DNA from: Candidatus Moraniibacteriota bacterium
GTDB taxonomy: Bacteria; Patescibacteriota; Minisyncoccia; Moranbacterales; DUUL01
DNA: 64,000 nucleotides
Direction of reading: 5' to 3'
Assembly: GCA_041583775.1 (NCBI GenBank)
Contig: JBFHFF010000007.1
Span: 3,382-67,381, forward strand
Shown here: positions 31,367 through 42,844 of the stretch, piece by piece
Layout: each line of letters opens with the position of its first letter
Numbering within the stretch: position 1 is the first letter of the stretch
Made by a program: the position numbers and the translations under genes
The notes under the pieces: model-generated
Databases searched by the model: none
What the model was told of the DNA's origin: nothing
The model's input: the letters and a program-made list of their open reading frames with translations, nothing else

Positions 31367-32626
31367 ATGTGGTTTTTAAGCACAACAGTTGGTGCAATAA
31401 AAATTTCTTTAAAAAATTTGATCGCATCAAAAGTGCGGTCATTTTTGACAGTTCTTGGTGTTGTTATTGGTGTTGCATCTGTGATTATTATTTTTTCAAT
31501 AGGTCTTTCTGCTCAGGAATTAATATTGGATCAAATTAGAAATGTTGGTTCAAATTTAGTGATGATTATCCCGGGAGGTTCTGATGAAGATGGGCCACCA
31601 GCAGCACTTTTTGGTATATCTATAACATCTCTTACATATGAAGATCTGGAACAACTCTTAAAGAAAAACAAAGTTGCTGGAGTTGAGAATGGTGCAGGTT
31701 ATGTTATGGGGACGGCAAAAATTTCAAGTGATACAAGGGATTTAAGTAGGAGTTTTTCGGGAACCACCGCAAGTTATATCGATGTTGAAAACGCGACTAT
31801 TGAAAGTGGAAGATTTTTCACGAAAGATGAAGAGCGAAATATGACAAGGGTTGTAGTTTTGGGCAGTACTGTTGCGAGTGAACTTTTTGATGGGCGTGAT
31901 CCACTTGGGAAGGTAATTGAAATAAAAGATCAAAATTTTACAATCATAGGGGTTTTAAAAGAAAGAGGTTCTGCTGCAATGGGAATGTCTAATCAGGATG
32001 AATCAGTTATTATACCTTTAAAAACAGCCCAGAAATTACTTCTGGGAATCGATCACCTAGCACTTATTCGTTTAAAAGCTACTAATGAAAAATCAGTTGA
32101 TTTACTCAAAGCAAGTGCAACTGCAACTTTGCGTGAACAGCATAATATTGAAAACGCCTCCAATGATGATTTTACCATTAATGATCAAGCAACTGCGCTT
32201 GAATTAGTTGGTAACATAACTGATGTATTGAGATATTTTTTGCTTGCAATAGGAACAATTTCGCTTATTGTTGGAGGGGTTGGGATTATGAATATTATGC
32301 TTATTGCCGTTAATCAGAGAGTTAGAGAGGTTGGTGTGAGGCGTGCTGTGGGTGCGAAGAAAGTTGATATTCTAATTCAATTTATTGTGGAGTCTGCAAC
32401 CGTTTCTTTGGCGGGGGGAGTTATAGGAATTTTATTAGGAATTTTTATTGCCTTTATTACAGCCATCATCATTAATGCTATGGGATATAATTGGCAATTC
32501 CTATTATCGTTAAACTCTATTATTGTGGCAGTTATTATTTCTCTTGGAATAGGTTTAGTTTTTGGAGTTTATCCTGCAAGAAAGGCTTCGAAGATAAGTC
32601 CAATGGAATCTCTAAGATACGATTAG
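31367..32626 (+). CDS. MacB/FtsX-type ABC permease
   Basis: RSFLTVLGVVIG, ISLIVGGVGIMNIML, PARKASK.SP.E.LR. Confidence 0.94.
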   Translation: MWFLSTTVGAIKISLKNLIASKVRSFLTVLGVVIGVASVIIIFSIGLSAQELILDQIRNVGSNLVMIIPGGSDEDGPPAALFGISITSLTYEDLEQLLKKNKVAGVENGAGYVMGTAKISSDTRDLSRSFSGTTASYIDVENATIESGRFFTKDEERNMTRVVVLGSTVASELFDGRDPLGKVIEIKDQNFTIIGVLKERGSAAMGMSNQDESVIIPLKTAQKLLLGIDHLALIRLKATNEKSVDLLKASATATLREQHNIENASNDDFTINDQATALELVGNITDVLRYFLLAIGTISLIVGGVGIMNIMLIAVNQRVREVGVRRAVGAKKVDILIQFIVESATVSLAGGVIGILLGIFIAFITAIIINAMGYNWQFLLSLNSIIVAVIISLGIGLVFGVYPARKASKISPMESLRYD

Positions 32627-32635
32627 AATTTAAAA

Positions 32636-33895
32636 ATGCGTGCATTTATAATGGCCACAAAGTTGGCTTCTAAAAATCTAACAACAAATTTAGCAAGAAC
32701 AGCATTGTCATTGTTGGGTATTGTTATAGGTGTTATGGCCATTGTTTTTGTGATGTCACTGGGTGAGGGAGTGAGGCGTTTTGTTATGTCCCAAGTTGAA
32801 GTGTTTGGTACTGATGTCATTAATATTGAAGTTAAGACTCCAAATACTGAACATGAATCATCTCAAAATGCATCTTCACAATTTGGAGGTTCACAAATCA
32901 CGACATTTAAAATTGAAGATGCCGAAGAAGTGTCAAAATTAGCAAATGTGAAAAGTTGGTATGCAGGTGGATTCGGTCAAGATGTTGTTAGTCGTGAGGG
33001 TCGAAATAAAACAGTAATGATTTATGGTATAACTTCTGGGATTGCAGATGTTGATAAGAATTTTGAAATCGAAGAAGGAGAGATGTTTGAGGAGGAAGAT
33101 GATGAAAGTTTGAAACAAGTCATTATTATTGGTAAAAAGGTAAAAGAGGACCTTTTTGAAAATGAGAGTGCATTAGGGAAGAAAGTTAAGATTAATGATC
33201 AGTCCTATAAAGTTATTGGCGTTTTAAAAGAGCGTGGTGGTGGAGGAATTCTCGATTTTAATACTATGGTCTATATGCCAATGAGAACTCTTCAGAAGAA
33301 GGTGTTGGGAACTGATTTTATTTCTTTTGCAATTTTTTCAGTCAAGGATCCGTCAAAAATTGACCTTACTGTTCTGGAAATGGATGATGTGATGCGTGAT
33401 CAACACAACATTGATGATTCTGATGATGATGATTTTGATGTTATGAGTATTGCTGAAGCCATCGATATGGTTGGAACCATTATAAACACAATGAATATTT
33501 TATTAATTGCAATGACATCAATTTCTTTGATTGTTGGAGGTGTTGGAATTACTAATGTTATGTATGTTGCAGTTGCTGAACGAACATTCGAAATTGGTTT
33601 ACGAAAATCAATTGGAGCAAAAAGTTCTGATATATTTAAGCAGTTTCTTTCAGAAGCAATATTCCTCACTTTTGCTGGTGGTTTTTTGGGAGTTGTTTTT
33701 GGTCTTAGTTTTGCTAAGTTGGCACAATTTATAGCAGAAAAAAAAATGCCTGGAATTATTTTGGAATTTCCAATAACAACGGAAGCTATTGTTTTAAGTC
33801 TTCTTTTTTCAGTAATAACAGGATTAGTTTTTGGGATGAAACCAGCGGTTACAGCTTCTAAGCTTTCACCAATGGAGGCGATAAGAAAAGAGTGA
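32636..33895 (+). CDS. MacB/FtsX-type ABC permease (paralog)
   Basis: ISLIVGGVGITNVM, ERTFEIGLRKSIGA. Confidence 0.94.
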   Translation: MRAFIMATKLASKNLTTNLARTALSLLGIVIGVMAIVFVMSLGEGVRRFVMSQVEVFGTDVINIEVKTPNTEHESSQNASSQFGGSQITTFKIEDAEEVSKLANVKSWYAGGFGQDVVSREGRNKTVMIYGITSGIADVDKNFEIEEGEMFEEEDDESLKQVIIIGKKVKEDLFENESALGKKVKINDQSYKVIGVLKERGGGGILDFNTMVYMPMRTLQKKVLGTDFISFAIFSVKDPSKIDLTVLEMDDVMRDQHNIDDSDDDDFDVMSIAEAIDMVGTIINTMNILLIAMTSISLIVGGVGITNVMYVAVAERTFEIGLRKSIGAKSSDIFKQFLSEAIFLTFAGGFLGVVFGLSFAKLAQFIAEKKMPGIILEFPITTEAIVLSLLFSVITGLVFGMKPAVTASKLSPMEAIRKE

Positions 33896-34117
33896 GAAGC
33901 TTAGATTCAGTGATTGTGATTATCGAGGTTTTTATTTCTAAATGGATTTGAAATGAATTGTGAAAAAGTTATTCCTAAAAAGAATGTGAGGATGAAGGAG
34001 AAAAGGGTCTAAAGATGATATAAATAACATGCATCTTTTTAAATTGAAAAAGCTTAAAATTTGTGATATTCTCAAAATAAGATTGAAAGAAAGATAATAA
34101 AGAGAAAAAATAAAAAT

Positions 34118-35398
34118 ATGGGAAAGAAAAAGAAGAAGAAGGAATTGGTTTCGGAGAAAGTTTCTGAAGAACAATCTAGCGAAAAAGAGATATTAGAAAA
34201 AAAGAAAACAGCATTTGTGAAAAAAATAACAGATAAACTTAAACCGAAAATAGAAAAAAAGGGAAAGAGTAAAAATGATAGTGCAAGAGTTTTGAAGTTG
34301 AAAAGTTTTTGTAATAAATTTTATCTCAAAAAAATAGCTATTTTATTTGTGGTTTTATTGTTTTTGCTTTTAGTAATTGTTCCAGTTGGAGTTTATTTTT
34401 ATGGACCACTTGGTGAAATCACAAGACCAATTTTTAAAAAAATTCCATATCCAGTTGCTTTTGTAGGTGAAGATAGGTCAATGATTTCAACAAAGCAATT
34501 GATTCAAAATGTCGATGCGGTGAGAAAGTTTTATGAAGACCAAGATCTTACAGGAAAAGGCTTACGAGTAGATTTTACTACCCCGGATGGGGAGATGCGC
34601 TTGAAAATAAAAGAGAAAGAAATTCTTGATAAACAGGTTGAAGATCAAATCATTAAACAACTTGGCAATGAAAATGGGATTGTGATTACCGTTGAAGATG
34701 CACAAAAGGAGCTAGATAGTACTGTGAAAAAAGCTGGAAGTAAAAAAGCAGTAGAATTAAAGCTCGCTGCTTTATATGGTTGGGGATTTAATGATTTGAG
34801 AGATAAAGTTATTATCTATCAAATGTATACAAATAAATTACTTGAGAAATATTCTGAAATTTCTAAAAAACAAGAAGCGTATCAAGAGATGGAAAAAGCG
34901 AGGAAAGAGTTGGAAGAAGATGGTTCAAATTTTGCCGAAATTAGCAAGAAGTATTCAGAGGGTGAAAGTGTTAAAAACGAAGGTGAATTAGGCTGGTTTC
35001 CATTAAATAAAATTGACAGTGAAGTTGCGGTTGAAATTATGAATTATAAAAAGGGTCAAATTTCAGGAGTAATTTCTAGTCGTTTAGGTTTTCACATTGT
35101 TCAACTTCAGGACTATCGAGAAACAGAGATTGTTTTGGAAGATGATGATGATGTTAATAATTTAAAGAAGGGCGATATAATCAAAAACAAGGAGGTTAAA
35201 ATTCGGCAAATATTTAAGCCAGGGATCAGTTTTGTTAAATGGGTTGAGCAAAAAAAACAGAAAACAAAAGTTTCTGTTTGGATGAAGGACTATGAATGGG
35301 ATCAAAGCAGTGGACATATTCGTTTTGCAGATGAGCAGATGCGATTGTTGGAGAAAAGGATAAAAAATCGTTCTCAAGCAGATCCTAGCATTAAATAA
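34118..35398 (+). CDS. PrsA/SurA-like peptidyl-prolyl isomerase (parvulin)
   Basis: TM anchor, SurA N-like helices, F.E..KKYS....G.LGW, S.LGFHI. Confidence 0.85.
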   Translation: MGKKKKKKELVSEKVSEEQSSEKEILEKKKTAFVKKITDKLKPKIEKKGKSKNDSARVLKLKSFCNKFYLKKIAILFVVLLFLLLVIVPVGVYFYGPLGEITRPIFKKIPYPVAFVGEDRSMISTKQLIQNVDAVRKFYEDQDLTGKGLRVDFTTPDGEMRLKIKEKEILDKQVEDQIIKQLGNENGIVITVEDAQKELDSTVKKAGSKKAVELKLAALYGWGFNDLRDKVIIYQMYTNKLLEKYSEISKKQEAYQEMEKARKELEEDGSNFAEISKKYSEGESVKNEGELGWFPLNKIDSEVAVEIMNYKKGQISGVISSRLGFHIVQLQDYRETEIVLEDDDDVNNLKKGDIIKNKEVKIRQIFKPGISFVKWVEQKKQKTKVSVWMKDYEWDQSSGHIRFADEQMRLLEKRIKNRSQADPSIK

Positions 35399-35426
35399 TT
35401 TGCTATAATTAAAATTAAAGATATTT

Positions 35427-35606
35427 ATGAAAATTTCAATTGATGAGAGTAAGTGTATAGGTTGTGGAACTTGCGAGGTTATGTGTCCTAATTGTTTCAA
35501 GATGGATGGAAATCTTGCAAAAGTTATTGATGAAATTTGCGAAGAGGAAAATATTAAAGATGTTGTAGCTAGTTGTCCAGTGGAGGCAATTGTTGTTGAA
35601 AAATAG
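35427..35606 (+). CDS. Ferredoxin, 59 aa (absent from ORF track)
   Basis: CIGCGTCEVMCP...CPVEAI cluster-binding motifs. Confidence 0.92.
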   Translation: MKISIDESKCIGCGTCEVMCPNCFKMDGNLAKVIDEICEEENIKDVVASCPVEAIVVEK

Positions 35607-35750
35607 AAGCAATTTAGATTCAAGGGAGATTTAAAAAAACATTCGAATAGTTTTTTTGTTTATGCTATAATATTTTAAAGTGATAGCATCTTAAAATGTC
35701 ACTAACTTATTTACTGTATAATTTTTTGTAAATTTGTAAAAAATAAATGT

Positions 35751-37085
35751 ATGAACGATAATTTAATAGAACAGGAAACTGATTTTGTCATAAAAGATGA
35801 CGGGAAAAATATAAAAACAGAAAAGAAAAAGATTCCTCGGGAAATATTACAAACAATAGCAATCAGCATTTTAATTAGTGCTTTCATCGGTGGAATTGCT
35901 GGTTTTTTAGCTAGTGAAATCAGCACAGAAGGTATTAAGGGTGTTATTGATACTTTGGAAATGAAAAGAGGTACTCAAGACAAATCACAGAATTCGGCTG
36001 AAAATGAAATAAAAAGTGATAGTTCTAAATTGAGTGTTGTGGAAGAAGAATCTGCAACAATTGAAGCAGTAGAACAAGCTTCTCCAGCTGTTGTAAGCGT
36101 TATTGTCACAAAGGATGTTCCAAAACTGGATAGCTATTTCGTTGATCCTTTTGCAAATGATCAGTTTTTTAATCCTTTTGGGCTTAAAAGTACTCCAGCA
36201 GTAGAGCCAGAAACTGAGAAAAAGGAAATCGGTGGGGGAACTGGATTTATCTTAAGTGAGGATGGTTATATTATTACCAACAAACATGTTGTTAGTGACG
36301 ATAGTGCTGAATATTCAGTTGTTACAAACAGTGGTGATAAATATGACGCTGTTGTTTTGGCAAAGGATACTATTTTGGATATTGCTGTAATTAAAATTGA
36401 AGCAGAAAAATTGCCGACAATAAACTTGGGTAATTCCGATGAATTAAAAGCAGGTCAAACAGTGATTGCTATTGGGAATTCTCTTGGTGAGTTTAGGAAT
36501 ACAGTTTCAAAGGGAATTATTTCTGGACTTAAAAGAAGTGTTAGTGCCAGCGATGGTTATGGTAAATCAGAGCTTTTGGATGAAGTGATTCAGACTGATG
36601 CAGCTATTAATCCCGGTAATTCAGGTGGTCCAATTATTGATTTGAAGGGGAATGTTGTTGGTGTTAATGTTGCTATGGCTCAGGGCGCTGAAAACATTGG
36701 GTTTGCAATTCCGATTAACAATGTGAAAAAGATTTATCAAAGCGTTAAATCGACTGGAAGAATAATAAGGCCTTATATGGGGATTAGATATATGGTTATC
36801 AATGAAGAGCTTAAAGAAGTAAATAATTTGGAATTTGACTACGGTGCAATTATTGTCAGGGGGAATAGTGCAAATGAACTAGCAATTGTACCAGGGAGTC
36901 CAGCGGATAAGGCAGGTTTGTTGGAGAATGATATTATTTTAGAGATTGATGGTGAAAAAGTAGAAAAGGAAGCTGACTTTTCTAATATCATTAAAAATAA
37001 AAATGTTGGAGACGAAGTAACTCTTAAGGTGTGGAGTAAGGGTGTAGAAAAAACAATTACTGTAAAGTTAGAAGAGTCTAAATAG
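35751..37085 (+). CDS. HtrA/DegP-family serine protease with PDZ domain
   Basis: Catalytic triad intact: TNKHVV, DIAVIK, GNSGGP. Confidence 0.95.
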   Translation: MNDNLIEQETDFVIKDDGKNIKTEKKKIPREILQTIAISILISAFIGGIAGFLASEISTEGIKGVIDTLEMKRGTQDKSQNSAENEIKSDSSKLSVVEEESATIEAVEQASPAVVSVIVTKDVPKLDSYFVDPFANDQFFNPFGLKSTPAVEPETEKKEIGGGTGFILSEDGYIITNKHVVSDDSAEYSVVTNSGDKYDAVVLAKDTILDIAVIKIEAEKLPTINLGNSDELKAGQTVIAIGNSLGEFRNTVSKGIISGLKRSVSASDGYGKSELLDEVIQTDAAINPGNSGGPIIDLKGNVVGVNVAMAQGAENIGFAIPINNVKKIYQSVKSTGRIIRPYMGIRYMVINEELKEVNNLEFDYGAIIVRGNSANELAIVPGSPADKAGLLENDIILEIDGEKVEKEADFSNIIKNKNVGDEVTLKVWSKGVEKTITVKLEESK

Positions 37086-37225
37086 GCGTCATTGAGATGG
37101 TTATAAATTAAAGAATCATCTCTTATGATATTCTAAACGCTATAATTAAGGTATGATGGAGAGGTTGAGTTTGTGGGGACGAGGGTCGGATGTGGTTTTT
37201 TGTTAGTATTGATATTTAGAAAAGA

Positions 37226-38068
37226 ATGTTACTCAAGTTAAATGCTTTTTTGTTTAGTTTAATTTTTATGGGCGCCCTAGAACTTTCAATTCTGAGAGAA
37301 GCTTTGTTTTTTGGTGTACTTGCTTTTTTGGTGGCATTTTCAATTTTAGTTGTTTGGCCAATGGCTGGAAAAATGCGTTTTTTGGCAATTCCATTTTTTT
37401 TAAGTCTAGGCTCGTTGAGTCTTTTATATCTAATTGATGGGAGAATAGAAAGACAAGTTTTTGTTATTTTAAGTGGAGCTGTTTATTACCTAGCACTTCT
37501 TGGGGCATATAGACTGAAACTTTATGATTGTGATCAAACGGCTCAAGGGATGCTTAATTTAGCTACCCTAGCAACTGGATTCTTTTGGTTTGTTTCTAAT
37601 TATGGGTGGTATTTGAATTTTACTATTAGTGCTTGGTCACTAGTAATAACTTTTATTGGTTCCACTTTTCTTATAGGTTTGCCATCCTTAAGAATAGTCT
37701 CTGAGGCTTCTAGTAAAATTAAAGAACGAGCTAAGCAGCAAGAGGTCGGGGTTAAAAAAAGAAAAAATTCGGAAGCTGTTGAAAAAACTAACGATTTTTT
37801 TTCAGAGCAGGATTATTTAAAAATTATGATGTTAAATTTAGTTATCTCTCTAATTATGGGTCAAACAATTTGGGCATTCTCACTTTTGCCATTTGGATAT
37901 TTAACAACGGGCGTTATTACACTAATTGTTTATTTTTTAATGTGGGATGTTGTGAGGAGATACATTCAAGGGTTTTTGTTAAAGAAGACAATTGTGTTAA
38001 ATATTGTTTTGTCTATAATAGCAGTTGGCGGGATTTTATTTTCCGCACAATGGACGCTTGTTGTTTAG
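37226..38068 (+). CDS. Multi-pass membrane protein, unknown function
   Basis: Numerous hydrophobic helices. Confidence 0.8.
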   Translation: MLLKLNAFLFSLIFMGALELSILREALFFGVLAFLVAFSILVVWPMAGKMRFLAIPFFLSLGSLSLLYLIDGRIERQVFVILSGAVYYLALLGAYRLKLYDCDQTAQGMLNLATLATGFFWFVSNYGWYLNFTISAWSLVITFIGSTFLIGLPSLRIVSEASSKIKERAKQQEVGVKKRKNSEAVEKTNDFFSEQDYLKIMMLNLVISLIMGQTIWAFSLLPFGYLTTGVITLIVYFLMWDVVRRYIQGFLLKKTIVLNIVLSIIAVGGILFSAQWTLVV

Positions 38069-39308
38069 TGTTATTTTATTTTTAAAACCATCAATAGTGA
38101 AAAAAATTGTAAAAATTACTACCTTGTGTTTATTAGTAGTATTTTTGGGGGGTCTTTCTGGAATACTAGCTGATCGATTTCTAATGCCCTGGTTGTCATC
38201 AAAAGAATCTTTAAATAAATGGTCTTTTTTTAAGAAACCTAAGGAAAATGTAACTGTTATAAATAAAACAGAGCAAGTAGTTGTTGGCGATGATTTTTCT
38301 GCTGCCAAAATTGCACAGAAAATTTTACCATCAGTTGTGAAAATTGTTTCATATGAAGAGATTGAAGTTACTGATAAAAAGAGTGATAACCTTAAAGACA
38401 CCCTTAAGGAGATTAAATCCAGTGAAGATATTCAAAAAAGAGTTAAGACTGGATTAGTTATTACCAATGATGGGCTTATAATGAGTGTTAGTAGAGAAGA
38501 GACTGAGCAAAAGAATAAATCAAAAGTAGAGTTAAGGCATAAAATTTTATTTTCTGATGGTAAAGAGTTTGATGCCGAGCTGATTCTTTCTGATGAGTAT
38601 TCAGGATTGGAGTTTTTTAAGGCAAATCAAGAAAATTTGCCTACTCCAACTTTTGGAAATTCAATGTATTTGGAATCTGGAGAAAAAATCGTTATTGTTG
38701 GAGACATTGCAGAAGAATATCAAAACAACCTTGCTTCTGGAATTATTAGTGAAGTTGATGAGAAATATACGCTATTAAACTCACAATTATCTTCATCTGA
38801 AAAAATTGAAGGTGCACTTTTGAGTGATATTAAAATTGATGAAGAAAACATTGGTGGACCAGTGTTTGATGTTAATGGAACTGTTATTGGAATTGCTAAT
38901 GTTGTTGTAAAAGATGGTGAGAAGGAAGGGTTTATAATTCCTATAAATAGCCTAAAGAGCACCATTGACAGAGTGGTTAGAGGAGAAGAAGTGAAACGCG
39001 CCAAGTTGGGAGTATACTATCTATCAATTGATAAGGAGCTTGCGCTAATAAGCGATTTGTCAGTCTCAGCGGGTGCGTTGGTTTATTCTTTCTCTGGACA
39101 ACAGGGCTTGGCTGTCAAAAGGGGTTCGGCTGCTGATTTAGCCGGTATAAAAATTGGAGATATACTCTTGACCGTGAATGGTACAGCGATTACATTGGAG
39201 AAGTCTCTTTCTAGTTTAATTTCGGAGATTGCTCCTGGTGACAAAGTTAAATTTAAAATTCTTCGAGATAAAGGAGAAGCGGTTGAAGTGGAAATTGTTT
39301 TGGAATAA
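38025..39308 (+). CDS. HtrA-like trypsin fold + PDZ, catalytically degenerate (true start probably slightly downstream)
   Basis: Colinear with HtrA, but His, Asp and Ser positions are replaced (IMSVSR, SGLEFF, EENIGGP). Confidence 0.85.
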   Translation: MAGFYFPHNGRLLFSVILFLKPSIVKKIVKITTLCLLVVFLGGLSGILADRFLMPWLSSKESLNKWSFFKKPKENVTVINKTEQVVVGDDFSAAKIAQKILPSVVKIVSYEEIEVTDKKSDNLKDTLKEIKSSEDIQKRVKTGLVITNDGLIMSVSREETEQKNKSKVELRHKILFSDGKEFDAELILSDEYSGLEFFKANQENLPTPTFGNSMYLESGEKIVIVGDIAEEYQNNLASGIISEVDEKYTLLNSQLSSSEKIEGALLSDIKIDEENIGGPVFDVNGTVIGIANVVVKDGEKEGFIIPINSLKSTIDRVVRGEEVKRAKLGVYYLSIDKELALISDLSVSAGALVYSFSGQQGLAVKRGSAADLAGIKIGDILLTVNGTAITLEKSLSSLISEIAPGDKVKFKILRDKGEAVEVEIVLE

Positions 39309-39318
39309 TAAATATAAA

Positions 39319-39969
39319 ATGAGAATTGTTTTTGATCTTGACCACACCCTTTTTAAAACAAATTTGTTTAAGAAAGACTTTTTTAAGTTATTTGTGCTGG
39401 CTGGAACTGATGATTTTACAATAAGAAAAACTTACCAAAAACACCTTAAAGAAGAGGGTGGTGCCTATGATTTTAAAAAGCATTGCTCTGAGATTAAGAA
39501 AAGCAATGTGAAATTTAAAGAAAGTTTTGCAATTGCTCTATTTGAAAAATTTTTAGCGAATACAGATTTTTCAAGATATATAGAAAGGGGGTGTCTCAAA
39601 TTTTTAAAAGAGCAGAAAACTGCTGGAAGCTATCTTGTTCTATTGACAAAGGGAGGGGATGAGCTTCAGCGGATTAAAATCGAAAAAACTGGTTTTTTAA
39701 ATGTTTTCGATGAAATATCGATTTGTAAAGACACAAAATTGGATAAAATAAAAGAGTTGAAGCTCGGTAAATATGATTTTTTTATTAATGATTTATGTAA
39801 AGAAACGCTGGAAATAAGAGAAAGGTTTCCTTTATTGAGATTTGTTATGCTGGATATAGAAAATCATAAAAAAAGAGCTAAAAAATGCTCATCTTTAAAA
39901 TTGGACGATATACCAATTATCAATTCGATTAGAAACCTGGAAAGTGTTATAGAAAAAACAAGAAAATAA
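39319..39969 (+). CDS. HAD-like hydrolase
   Basis: MRIVFDLDHTLF motif I; ATG at 39319. Confidence 0.8.
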   Translation: MRIVFDLDHTLFKTNLFKKDFFKLFVLAGTDDFTIRKTYQKHLKEEGGAYDFKKHCSEIKKSNVKFKESFAIALFEKFLANTDFSRYIERGCLKFLKEQKTAGSYLVLLTKGGDELQRIKIEKTGFLNVFDEISICKDTKLDKIKELKLGKYDFFINDLCKETLEIRERFPLLRFVMLDIENHKKRAKKCSSLKLDDIPIINSIRNLESVIEKTRK

Positions 39970-39994
39970 ATCATAGCAGTCGCTATGATTTATT
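39964..39994 (+). terminator. Probable terminator
   Basis: AATAAATCATAGC-AGTC-GCTATGATTTATT. Confidence 0.65.
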
Positions 39995-40109
39995 GTTTAA
40001 AGTATGCTAAACATTTGACTTTTTTGCCACTTTGTAGTATAAAAGAAAGTTATAATAATTTTAGGTATATTGGAAAAATTTTTGAGATTTAAACACAGTT
40101 TTAAATACG

Positions 40110-42752
40110 ATGAGTAAATTTGTTTTGGATGTAATAAAAAAATGGCAATTGGTTTTGTATATTTCGCTTATGTTAAGTGCGGTGACTTTTTTTGTATCCA
40201 CTGCAATTGCTCCAAAATATAGATCAGATATAACAGTTTTGATAACTCAGAAAGATGCGGATGTGCTAACGGCATCTCAAAATGCTGAATATTTGAGTGA
40301 TGTTTTTGAGAAAGTTCTTTATACGGAATCTTTTATGAGGGGTGTATTGAAGAGTGATGCTGAAATTAAAAGAGAATTTTCAGGGGATGCTAAGAAAAGA
40401 ATAAAAGAGTGGGCAGCTGAAATTCAAACAGAGAAAGTTGGGAGTTCTGGAATCTTAAAAATAGTTGTTTTTGATCCAAGAAGCGAAGATTCCTATAAGA
40501 TAGCAACAGGCATTGTTAATAATTTTAAAGAAAATAGAACTGAATATTTTGGAGAAAAAGATGAGGTTGAAATAAAAATTCTTGATGGGCCAATAAGTTC
40601 GTCAAAAGTTGCCTATCCAGATATAAAACTAAACACAGCTCTTGGTTTTTTTGTGGGGGTTATTGGATCTCTAATGATTATTTTGTTTTTTGAAGATTTT
40701 GATTTGAGACTCGTTAGGAAGTCTAAAAGAGGGATAGCTTTTTCGATAAAGTCTGCAGAGAAAGCAATTGAGCAAAAAATCGGCGATCAGTTGGTTCGAC
40801 AACTTGAAAAGAGAAAGGATAATGTAGCTTTGGAGTATCTAGAGAAACAGTTTGAGCGAGGTGATGATTTTGCGACATCAGAAAATCCTTCATTTATAGA
40901 TACATCCATAGATACATTGAATACATTGAAGCAAGATGTTGATAGTTCGAAAGAAATAGCGAAACAAAAAAATTCGATTATAAGTGAAGAGCTTGAATAT
41001 ATTGATATTCCAGAAGAGGATGATTTTGACAAGGAGGATGAGAAGTTTTTTTATTCTGCGCATAGCCAAGAAAGTGAAGTGGGTGAGTCTATTAATAAAT
41101 CAGAAATTGTGCTGAAGGGTTCTTTTAGTAATAGGGGGGCAATAAAAGATTTGGAAAATACCAAAGAAAAAGAAGTTGAAATTGTAGACACAAAAAAGAG
41201 TAGTGAAGATTTTTGGGAAAATATGCACTCAATAGATGGTGTGGAAGATGATTTAAAAGATGATCACAAGGACAATCCTTTATTAGCAGATTCTATGGTT
41301 GATATAGATAGGTATCATGAGATTATTCAAGCTGGAGAAACTTTTAAAGGCTTTAAAAGGCTTCGAGAGCAATATCAATCAAAAGATTCGAGTGAAACTG
41401 ATATTGAAAATAAAAAAATAGCTTTAAAAGAAGACTCTGAAAAAAAAGTTGATTTTGATGGTGAAAATGATGCTATCAAACAAGGAAGAGGAGAAGTTGT
41501 TGAATTGGAAAAAGAGTTGGATTTGCCAGAGCTTAAGAGAGGTGAGGAAGAAAAAGAGAGTGATGCAAAAAGAGAGATTGTTGCAAAGAAGGACGATAAA
41601 GAAACGCAAAAGGAGTTAGGACTAACAAAAAAAACGAAAGAGCAAGTAAAAGAAGAAGCCTTGGAATTAACTGCTGTTGGTTTGAAGAAGATTTTAGCAA
41701 CTCAAAATGTTGCACAACAAGAAGATGAGAGTGATGTTGTAGTGAAAGCGAAAGAAGATGAAGAACAAAATATTTTTAAAGAAAAAGATGTTGATGAGGA
41801 AATTCTACAAGTAGAATCTATGAGTCCGATTGGTGACATTGATGAAATCGAAGAAATAGGGGAAATAGTTGAAGAAAAAGAGTCTTTGGAGCCTTCCACT
41901 GAAAAAGAAGAAATTGAAGATGAAGAAGATTTTGAGGAAATCGTAGAGAAGAAGAAAAAGAAAGAAAAAGAGGAAATAGAAAGGTTATTGGAAGAGGAGA
42001 TAAAGAAAAATGTTCAGATAGAGCAAGAACTTGTTAGTAATAAAATCAAGAAAAAAGAGGAAGATATAATTAATCAAACAAACGAGCCTGAGGAAATAGA
42101 AAGCATTGATTATATTGGAAGTGCTGACGCTAACGAGGATGATGAATTGGAATTAAACACAAAAGAGATCCAGCGTTCAACTCAGGAGGGTTCTGAACAC
42201 GGGAATGCTTTTGCTAGGCTATATGAGAAATCTTTATTTAATGATGATAAATATAAAGAACAACAAGCTAAGAGAGTAACTCATCATATGGAAATGGACC
42301 CAGAAGAGTTGGAAATGATGCGGAAGATGTTGGAGGCCGAGGGAAAGAGCGAGGAGGAGTTTGTTTTGGAAAACGGGCTTGTTGAAATTGACGAGGAATC
42401 TGCAGAAAGTTTAAAAAAAGAGAATGTGAAGGATGTTGAGTTGAATGAAAAAATCTCAATAAAAAAATCAACTTTTGAACCAGTAGAGGAGTCTGTGAGG
42501 AAAATAGAGACGACAGAAGAATTGCAAATGGGGGATAAGAAAGGCGCTGCTCCCCACGGTTTGGCGATTTTTATGGAGGAAGAAGATGAGCAAGACACAT
42601 TTGCCAGAAATTTGCTCAAGGAAAAAGTTCAAAATAAAGGGAATGAGCAATTAAAGGGACAGGCTATTGATAAGATTATTGATCCCAATAAGGAAGTTTC
42701 GGAGGAAGAAATTAAAGATAGATTAAATAGGCTATTACAAGGGGAATTGTAA
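40110..42752 (+). CDS. Wzz/CpsC-like polysaccharide co-polymerase with very long acidic cytoplasmic tail
   Basis: TM-PKY.S..extracytoplasmic domain-P....N-TM in first ~195 aa, then Glu/Asp/Lys-rich tail. Confidence 0.75.
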   Translation: MSKFVLDVIKKWQLVLYISLMLSAVTFFVSTAIAPKYRSDITVLITQKDADVLTASQNAEYLSDVFEKVLYTESFMRGVLKSDAEIKREFSGDAKKRIKEWAAEIQTEKVGSSGILKIVVFDPRSEDSYKIATGIVNNFKENRTEYFGEKDEVEIKILDGPISSSKVAYPDIKLNTALGFFVGVIGSLMIILFFEDFDLRLVRKSKRGIAFSIKSAEKAIEQKIGDQLVRQLEKRKDNVALEYLEKQFERGDDFATSENPSFIDTSIDTLNTLKQDVDSSKEIAKQKNSIISEELEYIDIPEEDDFDKEDEKFFYSAHSQESEVGESINKSEIVLKGSFSNRGAIKDLENTKEKEVEIVDTKKSSEDFWENMHSIDGVEDDLKDDHKDNPLLADSMVDIDRYHEIIQAGETFKGFKRLREQYQSKDSSETDIENKKIALKEDSEKKVDFDGENDAIKQGRGEVVELEKELDLPELKRGEEEKESDAKREIVAKKDDKETQKELGLTKKTKEQVKEEALELTAVGLKKILATQNVAQQEDESDVVVKAKEDEEQNIFKEKDVDEEILQVESMSPIGDIDEIEEIGEIVEEKESLEPSTEKEEIEDEEDFEEIVEKKKKKEKEEIERLLEEEIKKNVQIEQELVSNKIKKKEEDIINQTNEPEEIESIDYIGSADANEDDELELNTKEIQRSTQEGSEHGNAFARLYEKSLFNDDKYKEQQAKRVTHHMEMDPEELEMMRKMLEAEGKSEEEFVLENGLVEIDEESAESLKKENVKDVELNEKISIKKSTFEPVEESVRKIETTEELQMGDKKGAAPHGLAIFMEEEDEQDTFARNLLKEKVQNKGNEQLKGQAIDKIIDPNKEVSEEEIKDRLNRLLQGEL

Positions 42753-42844
42753 AAAATCAGGAAGTGATACAAAAATACTTGACATATAGCAATTTATGTA
42801 CTATTGTAGCATATTAAATTATATTCAAAGTAGTCATTAAAAAA

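Noticed and set aside
29258-33895. MacAB-like system with two permeases and no TolC as a novelty
   Set aside because: A TolC-less MacAB-type system is known in monoderms (e.g. Bacillus YknXYZ); ordinary
35162-35623. 153-aa minus-strand ORF
   Set aside because: Antisense to the clear ferredoxin gene (35427-35606) and the foldase 3' end
39229-39318. ORF-track N-terminal extension of the HAD gene (similarly rpmH from 26175 and the LysM-like gene from 46208)
   Set aside because: The extension overlaps an upstream gene, hairpin or leader; downstream ATGs fit the motifs and SD better
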